Source: Dehalococcoidia bacterium
Lineage (GTDB): Bacteria; Chloroflexota; Dehalococcoidia; Plut-88900
Length of the DNA stretch: 64,000 nucleotides
Direction of reading: 5' to 3'
NCBI GenBank assembly: GCA_965249275.1
Contig: CBDFLQ010000006.1
Location: 352,001-416,000 of the forward strand
The stretch's first letter is position 1; each line of letters starts with the position of its first letter. Of this stretch, positions 51,516 to 61,083 are shown in pieces. A program made the translations under genes and the position numbers. A model generated the notes under the pieces. It saw nothing but the letters and a program-made list of their open reading frames with translations, made no database searches and was not told where the DNA came from.

Positions 51516-52901
51516 CTACCCCCGAAACTCCTCCCGAGGCCCTTTCAGCCGCTCCGACAAATCAGTGTCCCCCATGAACTTCACCAGGTACTGGTGCAAG
51601 TCCTTAGCCACGTCTTCCTTATCCTGTACCAGGTTCCGCTCCTGGCCCGGGTCTGAAGCCAGGTGATATAGCTCCGACTTCCCCGCCTCCGCCGCATACA
51701 TCAGAGACCAATCGTCTGTCGTAACCACTGTGTTGGAGTGGACTTTCGCCCTTCGAAGGAAATTGTCCACGTGTCTAACCTGAGCCCCGGGGTTGGCAAA
51801 TGGTTTGCCGCTGATCACAAACTCCCGACCCGGTAGCGACAAATCGTGCATCCTGTGTAGCAACGAGTCCCCCTCCACGTGCTCAGGAACCGGCTGGTCC
51901 AGTATCTGCATCACCGTCGGCATAACGTCAACCGCTGCCGTTAACTTGTCATACATCCCCGCCTTCAATCCGGGAACGTACATCAACAGCGGTATGCGTA
52001 TGATCTCCTCATATAGCGGATCGTGGCCCCAGCCCGCATCTGCCTGCATCCACCCGGCCGCCGCCGATCCATCCTCCGTCGTATAAACCGACTTCCCAAA
52101 GTGCCCCCCGTGTTCCCCAAACAGAAATCCGTGATCTGTGGTGAAGATGATCGCCGTATTGTCCATCAATCCCATATTCTCGACACACCTCATCAGGTAA
52201 CCGATCCACGTATCTACCATCGTCACCTCGCCACAATAGGTGGCGTGTGCCTTCTTGACCTTGGCCTCCGTGAATCCGGGCACGTCCTGCCAGCGGTTAT
52301 ACGGCGGTTCGATGATCTCACCATCGTAGTCGGGCATATAGAGCTCGGTATAGTAGTTGGGCGCGTCCCAGGGTTCGTGAGGGTCCCACGTGTCGATATA
52401 GAGGAAAAAGTTCTCCTTGTAGTGTCGCTGCAGCCATTGCATCGCCCAGGTAAACGTCTGTGGCGCAGCATGGTCCGCCTCCGACCTCCATCCCGCCCTT
52501 AAGTCATGCGACTCTATCTTGAACTTCCCCGGAATTAGCGAAGCGTCCTGGCTCGGATTGAAGTAAAAACCCTGAAACCCTCGGTCGAAATTCATCCCGT
52601 CTCGGATGTAATACGGCGTATCAACCACCGCGGCCGTCACATATCCGCGCTCGGACAGAATGTCCGCCAACGTGATCGACTCCGAAGGAAGGGGCTCCCA
52701 CCCCATGAACGACATCGTCCACTTACCCGTATGATGGTCCGCCCGAGCCGGCACCGTCGGAAACGACGAGACAAAGTGCCTGTCGAACCGCACTGACTGG
52801 GCGGCAAGAGAATCTAGTGCCGGAGTCTTGATCCAATCGTTCCCGTAGGCCCCCATCCGGTCCCACCTGAAAGTATCGGCAACTATCCAGATTACGTTCA
52901 T
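51516..52901 (-). CDS. Sulfatase-like (alkaline phosphatase superfamily) hydrolase with Thr at the nucleophile position
   Basis: NVIWIVADT, TPALD, FPTVPARADHHTG, DPHEP, TTDHG, ELYHL..DPGQ. Confidence 0.88.
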   Translation of the reverse strand: MNVIWIVADTFRWDRMGAYGNDWIKTPALDSLAAQSVRFDRHFVSSFPTVPARADHHTGKWTMSFMGWEPLPSESITLADILSERGYVTAAVVDTPYYIRDGMNFDRGFQGFYFNPSQDASLIPGKFKIESHDLRAGWRSEADHAAPQTFTWAMQWLQRHYKENFFLYIDTWDPHEPWDAPNYYTELYMPDYDGEIIEPPYNRWQDVPGFTEAKVKKAHATYCGEVTMVDTWIGYLMRCVENMGLMDNTAIIFTTDHGFLFGEHGGHFGKSVYTTEDGSAAAGWMQADAGWGHDPLYEEIIRIPLLMYVPGLKAGMYDKLTAAVDVMPTVMQILDQPVPEHVEGDSLLHRMHDLSLPGREFVISGKPFANPGAQVRHVDNFLRRAKVHSNTVVTTDDWSLMYAAEAGKSELYHLASDPGQERNLVQDKEDVAKDLHQYLVKFMGDTDLSERLKGPREEFRG

Positions 52902-53168
52902 AACGTCGGTCCTTTCTTGGACTCTGGAACGTGGGGTGCGTGGCAGGCTCGGATGCTACTTCAAGCCCTCTTGAGCGTCAAGAGTTGACCCTTCTCGGAT
53001 CTCTATTTAGCCACTCCCGTCACGCCGAAACATCAACGGCATCATCAAACGCCCAGCCGGTCAAAGAACGTCTCTTCGAATAATTGGCTCAGTTCGGAGC
53101 ATCCTGTTATTCGAATAGAGCGGCAGACTTCTGTCGTCGTTCCCCTTTGAATTGCCGGTAACAGACGT

Positions 53169-53909
53169 TTACTTGGCCATCCCCATCACTGTGAGGGCCA
53201 TTTCCTTCCCGCCTATCGAGTATGGCGAAACCACACTGTTCTCTCCTGCCCGACGCAGCTTTTCCTCCGCCTCAGGTCTGGAAGCCCTGGCCACGACATG
53301 CAGACCGGGATTCAACCCCCGAGCCGTCAGTGTTATGTATACGTTTTCACCGTCATCTCCCGTTGCGGCTATCAGGCCGACTGCCTTATCTATCTGCGCC
53401 GATATTAGATCAGCGTCTCTTGTGGCGTCGCCCTGCAGAGACAACAGCCCAAGCTCTTCGGCTTCGGCCAATGCCTCGGCCTCATTGTCTACCACAATTA
53501 CCGGCACCGACTCCCCTTGAAGGGTGGAGGCAACTACCCTGCCGACTCGTCCAAAACCGCATACGATAAAGTGGCCCTTGAGCTTTGCGATTTTTGTCTT
53601 CAATTTGCGCCTCCGGAATAAGCTCCCGACCTCATGCGCGACTGCCAAATTGACCACCGAAGTCAGGACATAGAGCATCACCCCTACACCCGCCACCATC
53701 AGGAATATTGTATAGATGCGGCCGGTTGATGAGAGGGGGTGGACCTCCTCATAACCTACGGTCGTCAAGGTGAGTATGGTTATATAGGCCGCGTCCAGGA
53801 GTGACCACCCCTCAATCACCATGTACCCGGTGATCCCCACCGCCACCACGACTGCCAGCGCAAACACGCCCCTTGCCAGCCGACTCCTGAATAGCCTCAC
53901 TTTTGCCAT
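53169..53909 (-). CDS. 2-TM potassium-channel-like protein with TrkA-N (RCK) domain
   Basis: TLTTVGYEE filter-like motif, HFIVCGFGRVG, GDAT, KLRRAG. Confidence 0.88.
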   Translation of the reverse strand: MAKVRLFRSRLARGVFALAVVVAVGITGYMVIEGWSLLDAAYITILTLTTVGYEEVHPLSSTGRIYTIFLMVAGVGVMLYVLTSVVNLAVAHEVGSLFRRRKLKTKIAKLKGHFIVCGFGRVGRVVASTLQGESVPVIVVDNEAEALAEAEELGLLSLQGDATRDADLISAQIDKAVGLIAATGDDGENVYITLTARGLNPGLHVVARASRPEAEEKLRRAGENSVVSPYSIGGKEMALTVMGMAK

Positions 53910-54063
53910 TCACCTCTTACTCGAAAGCTCCCATTTCGAGCCATCGTTACTGCAAATAGTGGGGTCGCTTCAAAATGACTCGTCCATGCCCCGGAGCCCG
54001 AGTCTCACTCCATAGAGACGCGCATTTGCGGCTAAGGCCGCAAGCCCCTCAGCGAACGTGCTC

Positions 54064-55338
54064 TCAAGTCACCCGGATAGGATGCGGAATCGGCTGATTG
54101 AACAGATATCCCCGGTAGTTGAAGGGTGTTTCATCAGGCTGGGTGTTCCCCGCCGAGTCCGTGGCCCGCGTCATTATCGTGTGTCGTCCTGGAGTCGCCT
54201 CCCATGTAAACTCGAAACGAGCCCATGAGTACTGCACTTGCGGCCCGGTTATTTCCGCGTCCTTCCATGTCCGACCGGAGTCCTCGCTCCATTCCACTTT
54301 CACGATTGACCCGTAACCCGAATGCGCATAGCCATATATCTGGTGCGGGCCCGTAGACATCTCTGCGGGCCATGAAAGAGCGAGGGCACTCTTAACCACC
54401 TGGGTCGTTATTACCTCTCCCTCTGCCTCCCCCTCCGGCACATATTCATCACCAATAAGCACGTAGTGAGTAGTGTTATTACGTGTCCAGATCGGCTCGG
54501 AAGACACTACTATCTGACCCAGCCATTTGATGGACGACGTCCCTGCCCAGCCCGGCACTATGGCTCGCAGGGGAAAGCCGTGGTCCTGTGGCAGCATCTC
54601 TCCGTTCATCCCGTAGGCCAGCAGTGTGTCGGGATGCATCGCCTTATCTATGGGTAGCGCTCGTCGGTAACCTTCCTCCGGCGCATCAACGTCCATCCCG
54701 ACCAATAGCACACTCTGTGCCTCTTCCTTGATCCCCGCTTCCCTTAAGACGTCCCTTAGCGACACCCCTATCCACTCTGCGTTCCCCACCCCTCCCCTGC
54801 CCCACTGTGTACCTATAGTCGCCTCCCCTTTTACCAGGTCGAACATCAGCCGTTGATTGCCCGCACACTCCACGAAGGAGACCACAGTCCTGGAAGGCAT
54901 ATTCAGAATCTGGTCGTAAGCCAGTTCCAGCGGAGAAGATACGGCGTCCCCTCCTATGCTGAGGTTCCAACCCGTCGAGTCTACTGCCACGCTGCTGGAG
55001 TTGTTGCGCACGAAAAAGAAGCGGTTCGGCGTAATCAATCCCTGGATGTTTTCCAGGCGACCCTCTAGGCTGCCTTCGTGCTTGATGAACGGGTCCGCGT
55101 CCTTGAACCACGCCGCCGACGCCATAGTTCCCAAGTCTGGCGTGGCGGTGAAAATCGAGGTTGGGGATGGCCCCCCTGAGCAAGCCGCCACCACCGCTGC
55201 CGCACCTCCTGCGGCCAGCAGTTGCAGAAAGCGTCGCCTGCCTATGCCATGAGCGCTGGCCTGCCGCCAGAGCCGGTCTTCCTCTGACGCCCTCGTGTAC
55301 CTTGGGACACTTGTACAGTCAACCTCTGATGGGTCCAT
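54064..55338 (-). CDS. Sulfite oxidase family molybdoenzyme, Tat-exported putative lipoprotein
   Basis: GRRRFLQ, VAAC, FFVRN, ECAGN, HGFPLR..VPGW.G..SIKWL. Confidence 0.9.
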   Translation of the reverse strand: MDPSEVDCTSVPRYTRASEEDRLWRQASAHGIGRRRFLQLLAAGGAAAVVAACSGGPSPTSIFTATPDLGTMASAAWFKDADPFIKHEGSLEGRLENIQGLITPNRFFFVRNNSSSVAVDSTGWNLSIGGDAVSSPLELAYDQILNMPSRTVVSFVECAGNQRLMFDLVKGEATIGTQWGRGGVGNAEWIGVSLRDVLREAGIKEEAQSVLLVGMDVDAPEEGYRRALPIDKAMHPDTLLAYGMNGEMLPQDHGFPLRAIVPGWAGTSSIKWLGQIVVSSEPIWTRNNTTHYVLIGDEYVPEGEAEGEVITTQVVKSALALSWPAEMSTGPHQIYGYAHSGYGSIVKVEWSEDSGRTWKDAEITGPQVQYSWARFEFTWEATPGRHTIMTRATDSAGNTQPDETPFNYRGYLFNQPIPHPIRVT

Positions 55339-55532
55339 ATCTCTACCCCATTGCCTGCGTAACAAGTGAATAGCCTGAACAGATTCTTGGGACGGCGCAC
55401 CCTAACGGTATCATCTTCTCCGTACTGATTAAAGTCCCGAATGCCCAGCGCAGAGCAGCCCCGCATACACTATAATATCTCAGCCCCGATCCCCTACTGA
55501 TAGAAATTACCCCTAATTAAGGAGCAACCCCA

Positions 55533-55748
55533 ATGGCAGCTGTTTCATGGAGCGAGGTCGCCAAATATTTCGATGACGCCTTTCCCCTCAAGGGCAGGGT
55601 CGAGCGCCGTGATGTCATGGACCTCGCCGATGCAGATCTCGCCTCAGATGACGTCATCGACGCAATAGACGCCATCGGCTCCCGCGTCTTCCCAACCATC
55701 GACGCCGCCAAGTCCTTCCTGGAGTCCCAGGGCTACATATCCAGCTAA
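55533..55748 (+). CDS. Small hypothetical protein (DUF2795-like)
   Basis: AAGGAG RBS, host-like codon usage, FP..R..V...A....ASDDVIDAI pattern. Confidence 0.65.
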   Translation: MAAVSWSEVAKYFDDAFPLKGRVERRDVMDLADADLASDDVIDAIDAIGSRVFPTIDAAKSFLESQGYISS

Positions 55749-55820
55749 CCTGCCCCGCCATTTGACCCGTCCTTCCACCCGCCGCTAAACTTTGTGGTAG
55801 ATATAGGATGACCTACAGAG

Positions 55821-56189
55821 ATGAATCAACAGGCATTTTCATATAGAGAACAGGGCAAGACCTTCCTCGCTCAGGCTTCCACTGAACTCGCCCAGAGTGA
55901 CATACGACAAGCCTCCGAGAAAGGGTGGGGGGCCGCCGCCCAAATGGCCAAAGCCATTGCTTCAGAGCGCAGCTGGCCCCACAACGACCACAAGGCCCTC
56001 TACCGAGTAGTGGGTCGTTTGGCCGACGAGACCGAGGACCAGAATCTCCGACGCCTGTTTAACATCGCAGGTCAACTCCACACCAACTTCTATGAAGGTT
56101 GGCTCAGCCGTGCCGACGTTGAGCTCCTTCTTGGAGACGTTGATAGGTTTGTTAACCGGGTGGATGCTGTACTCACCAACGGCGGCTAG
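55821..56189 (+). CDS. PaREP1 (HEPN-like) family protein
   Basis: DIRQASEKGWGAAAQ..KA.A, AGQLHTNFYE. Confidence 0.82.
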   Translation: MNQQAFSYREQGKTFLAQASTELAQSDIRQASEKGWGAAAQMAKAIASERSWPHNDHKALYRVVGRLADETEDQNLRRLFNIAGQLHTNFYEGWLSRADVELLLGDVDRFVNRVDAVLTNGG

Positions 56190-56275
56190 CACCCCCCTCC
56201 TCCTCCACACAACCTGAAGCCCGTAGCGTGCCCCAAATCCGTAGACTCCGGTATTCCGCAGCCCATGAAGCTACC

Positions 56276-56719
56276 TCAAAACAAGCTCAGTAATCCCCAT
56301 GACAATGCCGCAAGAATTCCCGCCGTTGCCACCAGCGGCAACAGGCACCCGTTGCCCGCACTGGCGTAAGCCGGGTGCCTAAACGGCATCGGGTCGAGCC
56401 CCGTAATCTCCTTATACCGAGGGGATCGCTTTTGCCTTAGAGCCTTGAGAGCGGCCTCGAAACTTGCCGCATTGTCCCGTGTGTAGAAAGGGCGAGAGGC
56501 CCAAACCATCTCAGGATTGGCTCCTGCCGTGGATTCGGTCTCACCAGCCTGGTGTTCGCGTATTCGAGCCCTGAGGCGCGCAGTGTGACCAACGTAGTGG
56601 CCATGGTCCGTCTCTAGGACGTAGACAAAGTACCGCCGACCAGGAATTGCCGCATCGCGCGTATCCTGCTCTTCACCAAGCCACTCCGGCTCGTAGTAGC
56701 CCCGTCGTCGTCTCGGCAA
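56276..56719 (-). CDS. GIY-YIG nuclease with C-terminal hydrophobic segment
   Basis: YFVYVL...HYVGHT..L..RI.EH..G, AASFEAALK; TTG start uncertain. Confidence 0.75.
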   Translation of the reverse strand: MPRRRRGYYEPEWLGEEQDTRDAAIPGRRYFVYVLETDHGHYVGHTARLRARIREHQAGETESTAGANPEMVWASRPFYTRDNAASFEAALKALRQKRSPRYKEITGLDPMPFRHPAYASAGNGCLLPLVATAGILAALSWGLLSLF

Positions 56720-56744
56720 GGCTGTTGTACCGGACGAGCCGGCC

Positions 56745-58784
56745 TTACACGAACAGAGGCCCGAACACCACCGCTACTATCGCCATCAGCTTTAGCAGGA
56801 TGTTCAGCGAGGGACCCGACGTGTCCTTGAACGGGTCACCGACAGTGTCACCGACTACCGCGGCCTTGTGCGCCTCGGAGCCCTTGCCCCCGTGCGCTCC
56901 TTGCTCGATGTACTTCTTCGCGTTGTCCCACGCCCCGCCTGCATTCGCCATCGTGATGGCCAGCATCACCCCGGATGCTATCGATCCGATTAGCAGACCG
57001 CCCAGCGCCTGCGGCCCCAGCACAATCCCGATAATTATCGGCGTAACTACGGCAAGCAGTCCGGGCACGATCATCTCTTTGATCGCTCCGTTCGTGCTGA
57101 TGGCCACAGCCTTCCCATACTCGGGGCGTCCCGTGCCCTCCATAATTCCCGGTATCTCCCGGAACTGCCGTCTCACCTCGTTCACCATCGCATTGGCGGC
57201 TCGGCCCACGGCCTGCAGCGTCAACGCCGAGAACACGAACGGCATCAGGCCCCCGACGAGTAGCCCGATTAGCGTGCTCGAACTGTCCTCCAGTAGGTCG
57301 ATTACCTCGATGTTAACCACCTGGGCGTATGTCACCATCAGCGCTAGCGAGGTGAGCACCGCCGAGCCAATCGCGAATCCTTTGCCCGTAGCAGCAGTTG
57401 TGTTACCTAGCGAGTCCAGAGAGTCAGTCCTCTCTCTGACCTCGGGCGGAAGCCCTGCTTGCTCTGCGATACCTCCCGCGTTGTCGGCAACCGGACCGTA
57501 GGCGTCAGTTGCCAGCGTGATCCCCAACGTCGAAAGCATCCCCACAGCGGCCAGTGCTATCCCGTACACACCTGCTAGCCAGTTCGCCAGCCATATGGCT
57601 ACAACTATCGCCACGATGGGAATGACAGTGCTGAACATCCCCAGCCCGATCCCACCGATTATTACCGTCGCCGGCCCGGTTAACGATTGTTTGGACAATC
57701 CCCTGGTGAACGGGTATTCATAGGAGGTAAAGATCTCGGTAGCCGTGCCGATAACCTGACCCGTTACCAACCCGACCACCACCACCCAGAACAAGTTGAA
57801 GTCCATATCAAGCTGCCAAATTGCCAGCCCGGTCCCTATCAGTACCAGTCCCCCCGATGTGAAGATTCCCGTTCGAAGAGCCCACAGCAGCCTGCCCATC
57901 CCCGCACCCTCCCCGGTCCGCACCAGGAAGGTTCCTATCACCGAGGCAAATATGCCGATAGACGCTACCAGAAGGGGCAATATGAACCCGTTGGAGTCGT
58001 ACCCGCCGGTGTGCCCGACCAGAATGGTTGCCGTCGCCGCCAGGGATAGTGTCGCTATAAGAGAACCGACGTAGGACTCGAACAGATCTGCGCCCATCCC
58101 CGCCACGTCACCCACGTTGTCACCCACGTTGTCGGCTATGGTCGCCGGGTTCCGAGGGTCGTCCTCCGGAATTCCCGCTTCAACCTTGCCCACCAGGTCG
58201 GCCCCGACGTCCGCCGCCTTGGTGTAAATGCCTCCGCCTACCCGGGCGAACAGTGCCACCGACGAAGCTCCGAAGCCAAATCCGGCCACAATGAATGGGT
58301 CCTTGAACACCCAGTACAGTGCCGTGACTCCAATAAGCCCGATCCCGACCACCGTGACTCCCATCACCGCCCCGCCGGAGAACGCCACGCGCAGCGCAGG
58401 GCCTAGTCCCACTTGAGCCTTTGCCGTGGTCCTGGTATTAGTCCGGACCGCCACGCTCATCCCGATATATCCCGCCAGCCCCGAGGCCACCGCCCCTGCC
58501 ATGTAGGAAATTGCCGTCGCTGGCAGTGACCGGGCGTCGCCGGGGATCCGGTCCAGAACGTCGGCGTCAATGAATATCCACAGCACCGCGAAGATGATCA
58601 GGGCAAAAGCCCCAAGGACGGCGTACTCCCTCTTGAGGAAGGCCATGGCCCCCTCCTGTATCGCCTTCCCGATCTCCCGCATCAACTCGTTGCCCTCGTC
58701 CTGTCTGAGTATGTAAATGACCAGGGCGATGGCAAAGACCAGCGCGGTCGCACCTGCGGCGAAGCTGATGATGAATGAGGTCAT
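56745..58784 (-). CDS. hppA: Membrane pyrophosphatase, K+-dependent, probably Na+-translocating
   Basis: GGIYTKAADVGADLVGKVE, DNVGDNVGD, DLFESY, GNTTAA (Ala signature), GDTVGDPFKD. Confidence 0.95.
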   Translation of the reverse strand: MTSFIISFAAGATALVFAIALVIYILRQDEGNELMREIGKAIQEGAMAFLKREYAVLGAFALIIFAVLWIFIDADVLDRIPGDARSLPATAISYMAGAVASGLAGYIGMSVAVRTNTRTTAKAQVGLGPALRVAFSGGAVMGVTVVGIGLIGVTALYWVFKDPFIVAGFGFGASSVALFARVGGGIYTKAADVGADLVGKVEAGIPEDDPRNPATIADNVGDNVGDVAGMGADLFESYVGSLIATLSLAATATILVGHTGGYDSNGFILPLLVASIGIFASVIGTFLVRTGEGAGMGRLLWALRTGIFTSGGLVLIGTGLAIWQLDMDFNLFWVVVVGLVTGQVIGTATEIFTSYEYPFTRGLSKQSLTGPATVIIGGIGLGMFSTVIPIVAIVVAIWLANWLAGVYGIALAAVGMLSTLGITLATDAYGPVADNAGGIAEQAGLPPEVRERTDSLDSLGNTTAATGKGFAIGSAVLTSLALMVTYAQVVNIEVIDLLEDSSSTLIGLLVGGLMPFVFSALTLQAVGRAANAMVNEVRRQFREIPGIMEGTGRPEYGKAVAISTNGAIKEMIVPGLLAVVTPIIIGIVLGPQALGGLLIGSIASGVMLAITMANAGGAWDNAKKYIEQGAHGGKGSEAHKAAVVGDTVGDPFKDTSGPSLNILLKLMAIVAVVFGPLFV

Positions 58785-58909
58785 AAGAGGAGGTCTCCTG
58801 ACTGGAATTGATAGTAGAGTCTAGACACCTTTCGGAGAGGGATTCTATCGGCACCCGACCCCAAGCGTCAAGAAGCCCCACCCCCCTGAGCCGGAATCCA
58901 TCCCCGGAG

Positions 58910-59241
58910 GGGCCGCTCATCCTGAGCACCGTCGAAGGGTCGAGCGGGGGGGCGGCCCAGTACCGCCAATCCGTCACGGTTATCCTGACTCCCAAGCGAG
59001 GCCCTTTCTCCCCCGTCATTCCGAGGCCCCGCGAGGAATCTAGGATTTGCCCTCTCGCCCTTCTCTCCGTAAGTCCCCCCTTCCCTATTGAACAAAGAAA
59101 CAGGGCGGGTGGGCGGGACTCAACTTATCCCGGCAGGGTCGGGAGGGGCGTCCCCTCCTGCGTGAAAGGGGATGGGGCCGTAGGCTCGCCGAGGCAAGTG
59201 ACATGTACCCCTTGACTGATATAGTTCACATGTTCTATATT
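58910..59241. repeat. Composite repeat/promoter block, copy 1
   Basis: Family B motif, CAATCCGTCACG, family A palindrome, AAACAGGGCGGGTGG.CGGGACTCAACTTATCCCGG, CTCGCCGAGGC..GTGACA, CCCCTTGACT..TATATT; same order at 62809-63165. Confidence 0.8.
59212..59241 (+). promoter_or_regulatory. Sigma70-type promoter with possible degenerate LexA box
   Basis: TTGACT-18 nt-TATATT; GTTCACATGTTC directly before the -10. Confidence 0.55.
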
Positions 59242-59296
59242 TATGCCCGTACTGCCGATATTCAGGATATGCCCCACACACGAAAGGATTGCCGAT

Positions 59297-59650
59297 ATGA
59301 ACCCTTCTTCCCAAACCCAGGACCCCTTCTATGCCTCCAGGATGACCCGCGCCGACAAAAAGAGGTTGGCCGACGCTCAGGTTGTCCGCGGCCTCGACTC
59401 CGAGGTCGCCCTCCTCCGCCTCAAGCTCGGCAACCTCGTCGACAATGACCCCGACAACATACCCCTAATATTCAAAGGCGCCGACCTCATCGTGCGCGCC
59501 GTCGCCGCCAAGACCCGCGTCTCCAAGGACTCCCCCGAAGACGCCGATCAGGCCATCTTCAACGCGCTCAAGGAGGCCGCCGACACCCTCGGACTCGATA
59601 GAATCCCCTGGAACTGCGAATGCGGCCCCGAATGCCACTCCCAATCCTAG
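59297..59650 (+). CDS. Hypothetical protein resembling Dehalococcoidia phage small-terminase-like proteins
   Basis: AAAGGA RBS; FY...A..V.GLDSEVALLRLKL..L...DPDN..LI pattern. Family link recalled from memory, not searched. Confidence 0.6.
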   Translation: MNPSSQTQDPFYASRMTRADKKRLADAQVVRGLDSEVALLRLKLGNLVDNDPDNIPLIFKGADLIVRAVAAKTRVSKDSPEDADQAIFNALKEAADTLGLDRIPWNCECGPECHSQS

Positions 59651-59831
59651 CCCCCCCGAGGGGAGCCTGTCCGCCAAAGGCGGATCATTCCCGCCCCCGA
59701 TCGGGAATCCATCCCGCTGGGTGGGGCGGTCCTACCCCCTCTCCCTTGATGGGAGAGGGCTGGGGTGAGGGTGATCCCCTCCCCCGGCGCGGGGCCGCTC
59801 ACCCTTGCCAACCTCCTTCAACTTCCTGCAA

Positions 59832-60047
59832 TTAGCCCGCCTTCATGCTGTGAAGCGGCAACGCCGTGGTTTCCAGAGTGGAAAGGTCCAGCCGTCGGGA
59901 CGCATGGTCTATGTCGAACCCCACCACCCCGCCCCTCCCATCTAGATCCACGTTAAGCCCTTCCGCTACCTCCACCGTCTCCACCCCCGGCCCCGACTTG
60001 AACTCCAGGTATAGGCTATCCGTCTCCGGGTAGTAATGAAGCTTCAT
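59832..60047 (-). CDS. DUF2283 domain protein (putative antitoxin)
   Basis: MKLHYYPETDSLYLEF, NVDLD..G.VVGFDIDHAS. Confidence 0.85.
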   Translation of the reverse strand: MKLHYYPETDSLYLEFKSGPGVETVEVAEGLNVDLDGRGGVVGFDIDHASRRLDLSTLETTALPLHSMKAG

Positions 60048-60103
60048 GCCCGCTCCTCCTTGCGAAAGCGTCTGTCAAAGAAAGCGTTGTGAACGGTCTC
60101 GCC
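60044..60103 (-). pseudogene. 3' remnant of the toxin-like partner gene of DUF2283
   Basis: Reads GETVHNAFFDRRFRKEERA-stop with an ATGA overlap into the DUF2283 start; the upstream part is replaced by a C-rich repeat. Confidence 0.6.
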
Positions 60104-60167
60104 ACCCCACCCCCGACCTCCCCCGCAATGCCGAGTCCCCCCTTTCCTCATCTAGGTGTGGCTATTC

Positions 60168-60695
60168 CTACTTAGATTGTGCCTGCCCCATTGTCCGGCA
60201 CACATCTTGAAACTTTTTGACAATTGTCAGATTCCATAACTTGCCAGGTGGCGGAATCCCAATTATGGTCGACGTTCCGTATTTAGCGTTCTCTCTAATG
60301 TAGTGGGGCACCCTACATACAAACTCATTACCCCATTTTTCAATCACTAGACACCGTCTATTCAATAGCTTTTTGATGCTTTTGGAAGGAACCTTTTCCA
60401 TGAGAACGCGGGTGTCTTTCACTTCGGGCATCCGTACATAATCTGAAGGCAAAGGATGTCTGTTGTCTACAATCTTTCTTATTGCTGTTGGACCTTCTAT
60501 TGCACTGGCAGGACTATGCGAAATGAATAAAGCAGGCATTATTTGAGTGGATGCATCAGAATATGACCGCTCAAACAAAGAGCTCTTGGTATCTGGAAAC
60601 GCGAAATACAGATGGTCTAATGAACCCAATTCCACTTCCAACGCATTGATCATGCTGTGTGCCCGTTCTATTTCTCGTCGGGCTTCAGCTTTCAT
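60168..60695 (-). CDS. Hypothetical protein, low GC
   Basis: 175-aa ORF spanning an AT-rich segment; no motif recognised. Confidence 0.6.
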   Translation of the reverse strand: MKAEARREIERAHSMINALEVELGSLDHLYFAFPDTKSSLFERSYSDASTQIMPALFISHSPASAIEGPTAIRKIVDNRHPLPSDYVRMPEVKDTRVLMEKVPSKSIKKLLNRRCLVIEKWGNEFVCRVPHYIRENAKYGTSTIIGIPPPGKLWNLTIVKKFQDVCRTMGQAQSK

Positions 60696-60792
60696 AGACC
60701 ACTATCTTTCTTCTTAACCCCCCACCCCCGACCCCCTGACCATTCCGAGGCCCCGCGAAGAAGCTATGGCATTGCTCTAACTCGCAAGGCAT

Positions 60793-61074
60793 CTAATTTG
60801 ACAACTGAATAGCGGCTGCCGCACCGACAATCTGAAATGCAAATCCAATCACAACTATAGCCACGCCCAACTGGGCCCAGAATCGCCTGCGACCGAAAAC
60901 ATCTTTGTTTAACTCTCCGCCATGGAAATACAAAACACCATCCTTCTGCTTTGGGGGGAGTTTTGCTCCAGCCCACAGGAATAGACTGTGACCATACTTG
61001 ATCACAAGCAGAAACCCTGCGATATCGAGCCCTAATCCCAAGACCGTGGCCCATACAAGAATCTCCCACGGCAT
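60793..61074 (-). CDS. Small two-TM hypothetical protein
   Basis: Two hydrophobic segments; starts 9 bp after the MTase stop. Confidence 0.6.
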   Translation of the reverse strand: MPWEILVWATVLGLGLDIAGFLLVIKYGHSLFLWAGAKLPPKQKDGVLYFHGGELNKDVFGRRRFWAQLGVAIVVIGFAFQIVGAAAAIQLSN

Positions 61075-61083
61075 GTTGCCCCC

